From: a virus
Taxonomy: Duplodnaviria; Caudoviricetes
Length of the DNA: 63,009 nt
Virus record (IMG/VR): IMGVR_UViG_3300036774_000098
Span: 1-63,009 of that record
Reading direction: 5' to 3' (one strand)
In this document: piece after piece, positions 47,733 through 55,435 of the stretch
Numbering within the stretch: position 1 is the stretch's first letter
How the letters are laid out: each line of letters starts with the position of its first letter
Notes under the pieces: generated by a model
Database searches by the model: none
What the model saw: the letters and a program-made list of their open reading frames with translations, nothing else
Told to the model about the DNA's origin: nothing
Program-made: the position numbers and the translations under genes

Positions 47733-48784
47733 CAGTCTTTCTCCTTCAACAGGTGCTGGTTGTTCAAAGCCTTGAACGAGTGCAGCAGGCCGTCAATGTC
47801 GTAGTGACGCCAGACGCAGCCCTCGGCGTCGACGTTGTGGTTGAGAAGCGACTTCCGCTCGGACATCAGCAGAATGTCGCTGGTGGACGACGGGAACTCA
47901 TCGACGATCGCATAGAGCGGAGCGATGCACAGGCCGAAGTCCGAAGTGATCAGTTGTAACGAAGCTTCGGACACGTAATGCTGCTGCTCGATGTCCCATA
48001 TCCCGAACACGTAGAACTGAGGGGCGATCAGCTTGTAGGGGTTACCCTGGATGCCCGGCCCTACCAGCTCACCCTGGACGGCGATCCCACGCGTCGGGCT
48101 GATCTCGCGGAGTTTGGCTTCCAGGTCGAGCTGACGCGCCATCTTCCAGAACGCGTTGTCCTCGGTCTCCTTCAGGTCGAGGTTGCGCGAGCAGACGCCG
48201 AACTCTCCCTCCTGGAGGTATGCCGTCATCGAGCTGCCGTCCAGCTTCTCGCGGACGAACCACTGCCGAGCCGCCCTGAACTTGTCCCAGCTCCGTGACA
48301 GGTTCTGGATGCGAGGCTCATCCGTCTTCGGGATGAAGGTCGGGAAATTCCCCCGGGCGACACCGGCCAACTGCGGGCTGATCGGCTTCTCCCACTTGGT
48401 GACGCCGAGAAGCTCAGTAAGATCGTTTCGTGACGCCGATGAGAACACCCCTAGAGGGACGATATAAATCGGCAGAAGCAGGCCCTGGCTGAGCTGACCG
48501 CGCAGCTTGATGGTCTTCAGGCGGAAGCCTTCCGTCCCGTCCCAGTTCTTCCTGAACGAACTCTTGCGAAGGAACTCGTACTCGGGGGCCACTGGCAAGA
48601 AGCTGTCCACCTCGAAGTACACGGCGAGGTCTTTTTCTTTGAACTCACCTTTCTTTACCACAACTTGCCAGCCATCTACCATGGCCAGCTCGATCTGGTC
48701 TGCTCCCTCTATCGGCTTGATCTCCGCGATCTCGCGGATCGTCACGAGCTCACGCTCGCTCTTGTGTTCCTGTGCTTCTGTCAT
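47732..48784 (-). CDS. RNA ligase, DRB0094 (Rnl5) family
   Basis: I.PIEGAD.IE.A.VDGW.VVVKKG N-domain, KLRGQLSQG, FP.FIPKTDE.RIQN, motif I EKLDGSS, CSRN, QGEL.G, EG.V, SFK. Confidence 0.92.
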   Translation of the reverse strand: MTEAQEHKSERELVTIREIAEIKPIEGADQIELAMVDGWQVVVKKGEFKEKDLAVYFEVDSFLPVAPEYEFLRKSSFRKNWDGTEGFRLKTIKLRGQLSQGLLLPIYIVPLGVFSSASRNDLTELLGVTKWEKPISPQLAGVARGNFPTFIPKTDEPRIQNLSRSWDKFRAARQWFVREKLDGSSMTAYLQEGEFGVCSRNLDLKETEDNAFWKMARQLDLEAKLREISPTRGIAVQGELVGPGIQGNPYKLIAPQFYVFGIWDIEQQHYVSEASLQLITSDFGLCIAPLYAIVDEFPSSTSDILLMSERKSLLNHNVDAEGCVWRHYDIDGLLHSFKALNNQHLLKEKD

Positions 48785-48809
48785 ATTCCCTCCTTATGTG
48801 TAGACCTAC

Positions 48810-48838
48810 AGTATACACGTTATCACCTATCCCGTCAA
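48810..48838 (-). promoter_or_regulatory. Strong sigma70 promoter for the RNA ligase operon
   Basis: TTGACG-17-TATACT. Confidence 0.75.
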
Positions 48839-48842
48839 CCCC

Positions 48843-50003
48843 CTAACTTCTGGGCATCAGATAGTGCTCCACGAATATGTCGCCCGGCTCCTTCCAGATG
48901 TTGGACAGGCTCATGGGCTTTTGGTCGTGGGCCGGGATGAACATGCTCACCTCGTCCCCCTTGATGTTGCTCAGCGCCTGCTGGAACAGGTCGCCGCCGA
49001 CGCGCCGGCTGAACATGCCCTCGCCACAGCGGTGTCCTGTCTGTCCCTCGATCATGTCCTCGGCGTCCTTGCCGCTGGCCCTGGCCATGAGCCAGACCTT
49101 GCCGTCGGCGCGCGCCTCGATGTCGAGGGCTATGGCGCCCTTCAGCTTGGCCCCGATGGCGCAGACCCGCTTGGCCGACTTGGCCAGCGTCTTCCGGTCC
49201 AGCCGGATGATTCGCACGTCGTCTCCCGCCCTCGGGAACAGGGGCGTGTTCCTGAAGTCCGGGAACCTCTGGTCAGGCAGGAGACCGGCGATCATGGCGT
49301 CTTTCCCGACCATGAACCCCCAGCCATCCTGGAAGCCAAAACTGACCGAATTATCGATAGGCCGTAGATCGGCCAGGGAAGCCCACTGACGGGCCAAACG
49401 CTGGCCCGCTGTACCCGTAGCACCCACCATGGCTTCGGCCGTCAGCGATGGCACGGTGAGCTTAGAAATGGCTACTCTGTGGCCGTCCAACCCTACCACC
49501 TGGAGATCACCCTCGTGGGAGGAGAAATGCACCCCGTTCAGGTATGGCCGGTCGATCCTGGTGTCGGCGCTGTCGATGGTGGCCCTGATCATCTCGATCA
49601 GCTTGTTGGCTTTGACGCTGACGAGCTGGCAGTCGTTCATGAGCCTGGGCATGGCCGGGAACTCCATGGCGTTGGCCGCGCCGAACTTCGCCGAGTACCG
49701 GCCGCTGGTGAGCGTCGCCTGAGATCGATCGAACTTGATCTCCAGTTCGCCGTCGTCCAGGCCGGTGACGATGTCCGTCAGCTGGGCGGACTTGATCATG
49801 ACCGGATCCCAGCCCTTGACCGTGGCCCCGACCAGGACGCGGCTCCAGATCGTGCCGTCGGTGGCGTTCACCCAGACGCCGTCCTGGCAAGCCTCGAACA
49901 TTACCGACTCGTACATCACGTTCGTCGGGTTGTCGGTGGCGGTCGCCCCGCGCGTCAGCGTCAGGGCCTCCTGCAAGTCCGCCTTATCGATTCTGAGCTG
50001 CAT
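48843..50003 (-). CDS. dnaN: Divergent DNA polymerase III beta-clamp homologue
   Basis: ATDG, EFP, RPYLNGV, DGHR, FPDF, C-terminal YLMP; about 386 aa. Confidence 0.8.
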   Translation of the reverse strand: MQLRIDKADLQEALTLTRGATATDNPTNVMYESVMFEACQDGVWVNATDGTIWSRVLVGATVKGWDPVMIKSAQLTDIVTGLDDGELEIKFDRSQATLTSGRYSAKFGAANAMEFPAMPRLMNDCQLVSVKANKLIEMIRATIDSADTRIDRPYLNGVHFSSHEGDLQVVGLDGHRVAISKLTVPSLTAEAMVGATGTAGQRLARQWASLADLRPIDNSVSFGFQDGWGFMVGKDAMIAGLLPDQRFPDFRNTPLFPRAGDDVRIIRLDRKTLAKSAKRVCAIGAKLKGAIALDIEARADGKVWLMARASGKDAEDMIEGQTGHRCGEGMFSRRVGGDLFQQALSNIKGDEVSMFIPAHDQKPMSLSNIWKEPGDIFVEHYLMPRS

Positions 50004-50583
50004 GTCTGTCCTCCTCTGCGGCCACAGCCACCATCTTTGACAAGGCTTCCTTGCGGTCCAGCATCGCTTTCCGCATCGGTCCCCAATTGCCAATGCCATT
50101 CTCCTCGAACCAGCGCTCGCGGTTCCGGTGTTTGCGTCTGATCTCGTCGGCTTCCCGGTCGTTGGGGAGCCGCTCTTTCTCGCGGACGAAATCCCAGAGG
50201 GCTACGATCCAGCCGTCCCGCGCCGCCGAGATCGAATACCTACGACCCTGCCCGCCACAGAGCACCTGCGCCGCCCAGGTTTGCCGTTCCTTCGTCCACT
50301 CGGGGTAGGGCTCTTTCGGAGGGGCATTGGCGATGGTCTTGCCGTAGAGCTCGTCACGAGCGGCTTTGCAGTAGCCCATGCACTCGGCTATCGAAGGGAA
50401 GGTATGGTATTCGCGGCCAGCACGAAGGTTCTTCGATGCCAATTCTAAGACGGTATCAGAAAAGATGCTGAGATCTTCGATAAGTCCAGCGTAAAACGCC
50501 TCAACCGGAGTACCAGCAGGCATCTTCGGGTCAGCAAAGAATGGCCTCATCGGAGTTATGAACTTATCAAGTACGTTTCCCAT
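49984..50583 (-). CDS. Hypothetical protein (possible helicase loader, by position)
   Basis: FPSIAE motif; directly after the initiator. Confidence 0.5.
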   Translation of the reverse strand: MGNVLDKFITPMRPFFADPKMPAGTPVEAFYAGLIEDLSIFSDTVLELASKNLRAGREYHTFPSIAECMGYCKAARDELYGKTIANAPPKEPYPEWTKERQTWAAQVLCGGQGRRYSISAARDGWIVALWDFVREKERLPNDREADEIRRKHRNRERWFEENGIGNWGPMRKAMLDRKEALSKMVAVAAEEDRHAAQNR

Positions 50584-51694
50584 TTTGGATATCCTCCTGT
50601 ATTTTCGCTAGCTTGGCATAGAGGTCCTCGCCGTTGCTAGCCTGGGTTGGTGTATATGCTTTTAGCGTCCCCCTGTCAACTATGGGAGCCGTCCTCCTAC
50701 GCATGGCTTCCATCACACGGCCCTCGAAGAACCTCCAGCCCCTGATCGATCCCGGTCCCATGCGCTCCTCGGCCTGCTTGGACGCCACCTGCAGGACCGG
50801 CAGGATGTCCTGGTAGAGGTCGCACCCGGCGTCGATCCACTTCTTGGGTTCGGTCACCAGCTCCAGGGCCATGTTGCCTCGGGCCAGCGCGCCGTTGCAG
50901 GCGGAGGTCAGTTTGTCGTGCAGCTCGTGCACGGTCAGCTTGTTCGCGTCTGCGCCAATAAATTCGCGCGCGTTAATATCAAGAGATGATTTATCCGGAT
51001 AGGGGCTCTCCAGGGGTGTGGTTGGGGCCAGCTCCCTGCCACCACCATTACCCTCATTGGGTGTAGCGTCTTCCCCAAAAACAACAACACCCCCCTCTGA
51101 ATTTAGCTGAATATCCCCCCGATCCTTAAGGGATGTGGCCCGCTGGGCAGGCCGCTTTTGGGGCAACTGGCCTGTGGGGCAGGCCACCTCGTTTCCAGAA
51201 AAGTGGCCACTAGAACAGGCCACTTTTTTCAAACTGGCCTGTGGGGCAGGCCGCTTTTTTTCATGGGAATCGAGGACATTTTGCAGAATGCTATAGCGAC
51301 TTTTTTTTCCTCGCCCTTCTCTCTCAACCTTTGCGTGCTCCCATTCTCCGAACTTTTCGGCAGCGCTGGCGAAGCCGTCCTTGGACTTGCTGAGCAGCAC
51401 CCGCGCCTCACTGCGAGGCATGGAGATAGGGTCGCCATCGACCCCGCCGAGCTCGATCACGGCCACGGCGAACAGCTTCGCGTCGGCCGGCATATCGCTG
51501 GTCAGCACTTGAATTCTGGCGATGTCTCGGGGAGTAGGATTTGGGTTGGCTTTGAGAAGGCGGGAACGGGCGCTCTCTCTCTTGGTCTCGATGTAGGCCA
51601 GCTCCATTCCGCTGAGGTCCAGTGGCGTCTGCTGGCGGCCGTTGAATGGGGTATTGACGCGCGGTTGCGCATGCTCTATGGTTTTATCCACCAT
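50567..51694 (-). CDS. Putative replication initiator
   Basis: N-terminal wHTH-like region, internal iterons, C-terminal W..AGCD...DILP...W.FF; GAGGA RBS. Confidence 0.6.
   Translation of the reverse strand: MVDKTIEHAQPRVNTPFNGRQQTPLDLSGMELAYIETKRESARSRLLKANPNPTPRDIARIQVLTSDMPADAKLFAVAVIELGGVDGDPISMPRSEARVLLSKSKDGFASAAEKFGEWEHAKVEREGRGKKSRYSILQNVLDSHEKKRPAPQASLKKVACSSGHFSGNEVACPTGQLPQKRPAQRATSLKDRGDIQLNSEGGVVVFGEDATPNEGNGGGRELAPTTPLESPYPDKSSLDINAREFIGADANKLTVHELHDKLTSACNGALARGNMALELVTEPKKWIDAGCDLYQDILPVLQVASKQAEERMGPGSIRGWRFFEGRVMEAMRRRTAPIVDRGTLKAYTPTQASNGEDLYAKLAKIQEDIQNGKRT
51136..51253. repeat. Four 19-bp iteron-like quasi-palindromes (candidate origin)
   Basis: TGGCC-N7-CAGGCC(A/G) at 51136, 51168, 51204 and 51235, mostly followed by T-tracts. 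Confidence 0.75.
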
Positions 51695-51817
51695 GAGGCT
51701 TTCCTCGATTAGCTTTGAGACGCATACCCAATGCGCCATGGTCGTGCCGCTGGGCTTTGACGAGTCGCAGCAGGCCTCCGCAGGATACGGAGCCAAAGCA
51801 ACTTTGGCAACCTCTTA

Positions 51818-51853
51818 AACGGCCAGCTCTCCCCCAATCCAGAGCTGGCCGTT
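51818..51853. repeat. Perfect 13-bp inverted repeat upstream of the initiator
   Basis: AACGGCCAGCTCT-cccccaatcc-AGAGCTGGCCGTT. Confidence 0.8.
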
Positions 51854-51980
51854 GCCGTTTTGGGAGGTGGCTGGACCCGCAGCCTCAGCGACAGGCGACC
51901 ACCTTACACCTGCCGAGCCCATAACTCCAGCGTGTCATATTCAAAATATTGCATACACAAAGTGGTATACATTTTCCATG

Positions 51981-52009
51981 TTGACAGTCGTCAGCTCCTG
52001 GGCTATTGT
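51981..52009 (+). promoter_or_regulatory. Sigma70 promoter of RNA unit 1
   Basis: TTGACA-17-TATTGT. Confidence 0.75.
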
Positions 52010-52015
52010 TTGGTC

Positions 52016-52680
52016 TGACGCAACGTGGTTCGTTTGGTTTCGGGTGACTTTGCTTTCTTCAGCAGATCAGTGAGCTCCTACCGTTTCGGAACTCCGATCT
52101 CCCATCAGACACGCCTCTCGATAGATGCTGATCTGGTCTGCTGGGGAAAACAAAGTGTTTCATTGGAGGGGATCTCCGTGTGGGCGTTTCGACTGATAGG
52201 TTTGGCCCCCAAGTTCTGATGCCGAAAGGATAGTGTCCCCTCCGCCAGCGGTGGCAGGAAAGCGCTAATCAGGACAAAACCTTAGTGGCAGGCCAAGAGT
52301 GCGTTTCTCATTCTTGTCATTGGGGAGGCCTCCTTTCACGTGGTTTTGGATGCGCCACGTAACTGGTCAAGATATGCGAAAGCAGACGTCGGGCCTCTCG
52401 ACTTCTGGGGATACAGAGGGATTGCAAACGGCGTTAATCTGATCAGCGTTCCCGCCGCACTGGAGGCGCAAAACTCCCAGTGGCTAATTTTCGGCCTCTA
52501 TGCAAATACCTCAGGACACCTAATGATGGCGTATCGCCATCGCGTCCACACCGAGCAGCATAGGGGGTTCAAGTCCGCGGATAAGCTCGAAGGTCTCTGC
52601 GAGTCCTTTCGAGCAAATCCGCGGACTTCCGGGGTTCCTCCCTCCATTTTGGCGACAAGGTGGAGGGACACCCCCCAGAT
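52016..52680 (+). ncRNA. Structured non-coding RNA region (unit 1)
   Basis: No convincing ORF; stems such as CAGCAGATCAG/CTGGTCTGCTG (52060-52143) and AAGTCCGCGGAT/ATCCGCGGACTT (52571-52628). Confidence 0.6.
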
Positions 52681-52683
52681 TTT

Positions 52684-52760
52684 TGCGGAGTGGAGCAGTA
52701 GTCAGCTCGCCAGCCTCATAAGCTGGAGGTCGGTGGTGCAAATCCACCCTCTCGCAACCA
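52684..52760 (+). tRNA. tRNA with CAT anticodon (Met-like, fMet-type body)
   Basis: CCAGC-CTCATAA-GCTGG; T arm GGTGG-TGCAAAT-CCACC; ACCA end; bulged acceptor stem; lacks the three G-C anticodon-stem pairs. Confidence 0.75.
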
Positions 52761-52817
52761 GAATGCAGCACGGCGACGAAAAAGGGAACCCTATGTCCCT
52801 GGGTCCATCAGCATTAT

Positions 52818-52904
52818 GGACCGGAAGTGTAAAGGGGCACACTGTCGGCGGAGGCTAGACACTCACCGACGGAGGAGGCGGTTCGATACCGTCCCGGACC
52901 AACA
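52818..52904 (+). ncRNA. tRNA-like RNA with extended anticodon arm
   Basis: GGACCGG/CCGGACC acceptor (one mismatch), D arm, GGCGG-TTCGATA-CCGTC; anticodon arm carries 10-14 extra nt. Confidence 0.6.
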
Positions 52905-52924
52905 CATAAAGCAGGAGGGAACAC

Positions 52925-53578
52925 ATGAGCAGCACACTTGACATGCTTCACGCCGATCTTCGAGAGATCGAAGCTCATCTCGCCGTGTGGCCTGACGACA
53001 AATACGCCATCCACAGGCATGGCCTGATCCTGGAAGACATTGAGGCGGCGACCCCGCCGATGACGTCCGACCAGCACCAGAGCACTCTGCGCGGCGCTAA
53101 GCCCGTCCCAGGATCGTATGACTGGATGGGCAAGGCCGCTCGCGATGCCCTGCCAGCAGGATACGAGAATCCATGCTTGAGCTGCAAATCAGTCGTCTCA
53201 TGTTCCGGCTGCGTCCACCGCGTCCAGCGCCAGGATATCAAGCGCTACGGAGACGCCCCAAGCAATGACCTGGAGCGCTATGCCCAGCGTCAGCTGGAGC
53301 TCTACGGCAACAAGCCGAAGCGGGTCATCCTCGACGACGTCACCGAACAGTGGGATTTCGGACGCACCAATGCCCTGCGCTTCACCTTCGGCGCAGACTA
53401 TGAGATGGACCAGCAGTGGCTCGCCAGGGAACGCGCCAAGGTCGCAGGACGACGGGAAGAACAACGGACGGTTGCCTCACCCACCCCCACTGCCGAGCCC
53501 GACCGGATGATGTTTCCCGTCATGGCTTATGACTTGACAAGCCTACACAACTTGAACTATGGTACATCTCGTTACTGA
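52925..53578 (+). CDS. Hypothetical protein between the RNA units
   Basis: AGGAGG RBS; CxxC....CxxC motif. Confidence 0.6.
   Translation: MSSTLDMLHADLREIEAHLAVWPDDKYAIHRHGLILEDIEAATPPMTSDQHQSTLRGAKPVPGSYDWMGKAARDALPAGYENPCLSCKSVVSCSGCVHRVQRQDIKRYGDAPSNDLERYAQRQLELYGNKPKRVILDDVTEQWDFGRTNALRFTFGADYEMDQQWLARERAKVAGRREEQRTVASPTPTAEPDRMMFPVMAYDLTSLHNLNYGTSRY
53534..53563 (+). promoter_or_regulatory. Sigma70 promoter of RNA unit 2
   Basis: TTGACA-18-TATGGT. Confidence 0.6.
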
Positions 53579-53970
53579 CGTAGCAAACTCCAGGTGTGGC
53601 TGCCGATTTCACAGTTACACTCCTGGATAAAGAGACAGCTCCAGCCAGCGGCGTCTTGTGTTGCAGGCAAGAACGCCATTTAAACTAGCTCGGGCTGTCT
53701 CTAAACTTCAGCATTTGTGGTAGACGATGTTGAGTGTGCGACCTATCTTCCGTTCCCTCGGATCAGCGGCGCTTCCCAATCCCAACATCGTCTTCCAGAA
53801 CTGCTGACGGCATTCGTGAAGATGATCTCTTCCCTTTGACCCCCACACGGTCTCTGCTACATCGGAGAAACGGGGAGGGATCATCCTCAGGACTGCTGTG
53901 CCTCGAAAGAGGTTGGCGAGAAATGTAAACCCATCGTACGCCGGCTGATACGAGATGGGCTCTTCCAGAG
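53575..53970 (+). ncRNA. Structured non-coding RNA region (unit 2, 5' part)
   Basis: Consecutive long stems: AGAGACAGC/GCTGTCTCT, AGACGATGTTG/CAACATCGTCT, GATGATCTCTTCCC/GGGAGGGATCATC. Confidence 0.6.
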
Positions 53971-53974
53971 TATC

Positions 53975-54050
53975 GCTAGTCGTAGCTCAGTTGGTAGAGC
54001 GGGGGACAAATAATCTCTAGCGCGCTGGTTCGAGTCCAGCCGACATGGCA
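53975..54050 (+). tRNA. Degenerate tRNA or tRNA-like RNA (nominal anticodon AAT)
   Basis: Canonical TAGCTCAGTTGGTAGAGC D arm and GCTGG-TTCGAGT-CCAGC; loop CAAATAA lacks U33; bulged acceptor; no CCA. Confidence 0.55.
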
Positions 54051-54063
54051 GTCCGCATAATTA

Positions 54064-54151
54064 GGGTGAGACCCAGACTGGTGTCTGGAACGGACTGTAA
54101 ATCCGTCGGCATTGCGACCATGGACGGGTTCGATCCCCTCCTCGCCCACCA
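54064..54151 (+). tRNA. tRNA-Tyr(GTA)
   Basis: GGGTGAG/CTCGCCC-ACCA; ACGGA-CTGTAAA-TCCGT; long variable arm; bulged T stem. Confidence 0.8.
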
Positions 54152-54156
54152 TATTT

Positions 54157-54345
54157 GACGACGCCGCCTAGAGGTGAGGGCACTGTTGAACGGAAGCAGG
54201 TGGGGAAACCCAGACGCGGTGAAAGCGGCCTCCCCAACTTTGACCGGGTAAGCGCGGTTCATAAGGAGGCCCGCCATCGAATTGTCAGACAAAGGCTTGG
54301 CGGTGGTCTGCGTTGTTGCCGGTTCGAGTCCGGCCGTCGTTACCA
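54157..54345 (+). ncRNA. 189-nt tRNA-like RNA with a large structured domain replacing the anticodon arm
   Basis: GACGACG/CGTCGTT-ACCA acceptor, D-like arm, GCCGG-TTCGAGT-CCGGC; multibranch insert. Confidence 0.7.
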
Positions 54346-54347
54346 AA

Positions 54348-54580
54348 GCTCCTGTAAGGGAGTGTAGCGTTATGGCAATGGCGCTATTCCTTGAAGGCGC
54401 CAGGAGTTTCCCACTCCTGGCGTTTAGCTCCTCGCCGGAGGGGGTAAGTCGAGAAGTCCTCTGCAGGGGAATCTCGCAGGAAACCGGGGACTGCCGACGG
54501 CCTTAATGTTGGGGAGAGCTGGGGCCTTAGGCCAGCCGGCCTTCCTTGGCGGGCACTTGTGTGGCCGGTCAAGGGGCCGT
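54348..54580 (+). ncRNA. Run of contiguous hairpins between tRNA-like RNAs
   Basis: GCTCCT-GTAA-GGGAGT, TAGCGTTAT-GGCA-ATGGCGCTA, CGCCAGGAG/CTCCTGGCG and others. Confidence 0.5.
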
Positions 54581-54583
54581 TAC

Positions 54584-54657
54584 CGGGATGGGGCCAAATG
54601 CGAAATGGCAACGGGTCGCGCCCGTCGTTGCAGGTTCGAATCCTGCCATCCCGGCCA
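54584..54657 (+). ncRNA. tRNA-like RNA with 5-nt anticodon loop
   Basis: CGGGATG/CATCCCG-GCCA; GCCA/TGGC D stem; ACGGG-TCGCG-CCCGT; GCAGG-TTCGAAT-CCTGC. Confidence 0.7.
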
Positions 54658-54676
54658 TTCATCAAAGGAGGACAGC

Positions 54677-54862
54677 ATGACAGAGCCAAGACACCCGGCC
54701 TCGGACGGGGAATACCACGACATCCCCGACGTCGCCGATCAGACGGCCCAGGAAGCCGAGGACAGGGGCGTAGAGCCCCAGCCCAGCGCTCCCCTGGACT
54801 ATGCCGACGCCGACGTCCCGGACGTCGCAGGCGAGGCCCAGAGCGGGTACAGGTGGCCATGA
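54677..54862 (+). CDS. 61-aa acidic micro-protein
   Basis: AAGGAGG RBS; MTEPRHPASDGEYHDIPDVAD...VPDVAG. Confidence 0.65.
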   Translation: MTEPRHPASDGEYHDIPDVADQTAQEAEDRGVEPQPSAPLDYADADVPDVAGEAQSGYRWP

Positions 54863-54984
54863 GCGACGAGCCCCATCACACGCCCCCGCCCGGCGAAGAG
54901 CCCCAAGAGGCCGAGCCGGTAACCGTAGCCCCCGAGGTCCACGTGGAGATCCACAACCTCGACGACGAGAGGACCGAGATATGA
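54859..54984 (+). CDS. 41-aa acidic micro-protein
   Basis: MSDEPHHTPPPGEEPQEAEP...; ATGA coupling. Confidence 0.6.
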   Translation: MSDEPHHTPPPGEEPQEAEPVTVAPEVHVEIHNLDDERTEI

Positions 54985-55142
54985 GCGACGAAGACACGCA
55001 GGACCACAACCCGACTAACACCCACCCGGCGTCGAGCGGCGGCCCCTACGAGATCCCGGACCTCGCCGGCGACACGGCAGACATTGCCGACGAGTTTGAG
55101 TTCAACTACGCCCAGGCGGCGTTTGATATGGAGAAGCACTGA
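54981..55142 (+). CDS. 53-aa acidic micro-protein
   Basis: MSDEDTQDHNPTNTHPASSGGPYEIPDLAGD...; ATGA and TGATG coupling. Confidence 0.6.
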   Translation: MSDEDTQDHNPTNTHPASSGGPYEIPDLAGDTADIADEFEFNYAQAAFDMEKH

Positions 55143-55435
55143 TGGTGTCAGGACTCACATTCGAAGAGGCTCTTCAGTCCGTAAAGCAAGGCTCCAGAAT
55201 CTATCGAGCTGGCTGGAACGGCAAGAACCAGTTCCTGTCACTTGCCCCTGGCAACAGCCACCTGCCAGCAGGATCAATCTGGAGCCGTCATGGCCGCGAG
55301 TTTGCCGAGCTGCTCGGCGGAAGCATTGCTGTCGCCCCGTCCTTGACCCTCAAGAACTCCCAGGACCAGCTCGTCATGGGATGGGTTCCGAGCACTGGCG
55401 ATCTGTTCGCCGAGGATTGGGTGGCTGAGGAATGA
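55142..55435 (+). CDS. tad2: DUF2829 / Thoeris anti-defence Tad2-family protein
   Basis: F.EAL..VK.G..I.R.GWNGK..F ... GW.PS..D.FAEDW. Confidence 0.85.
   Translation: MVSGLTFEEALQSVKQGSRIYRAGWNGKNQFLSLAPGNSHLPAGSIWSRHGREFAELLGGSIAVAPSLTLKNSQDQLVMGWVPSTGDLFAEDWVAEE

Noticed and set aside
52214-52276. Hammerhead ribozyme (CTGATG...GAAA)
   Set aside because: Core reads CTGATGCC rather than CTGATGA, and the stem arrangement does not fit.
52340-52858. 172-aa ORF and other ORFs over the RNA units (53734, 54017, 54155, 54384)
   Set aside because: They overlap tRNAs and hairpins, with atypical codon usage and no RBS.
52840-52875. Amber suppressor tRNA or stop-codon recoding (CTA in the loop tip)
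   Set aside because: The loop is not a canonical 7-nt anticodon loop, and TAG terminates genes normally (e.g. terL).
54157-54345. Group I intron-containing tRNA, or tmRNA
   Set aside because: Insert too short, with no recognisable P7 core; no G3-U70 pair or tag ORF. An Infernal search is still needed.
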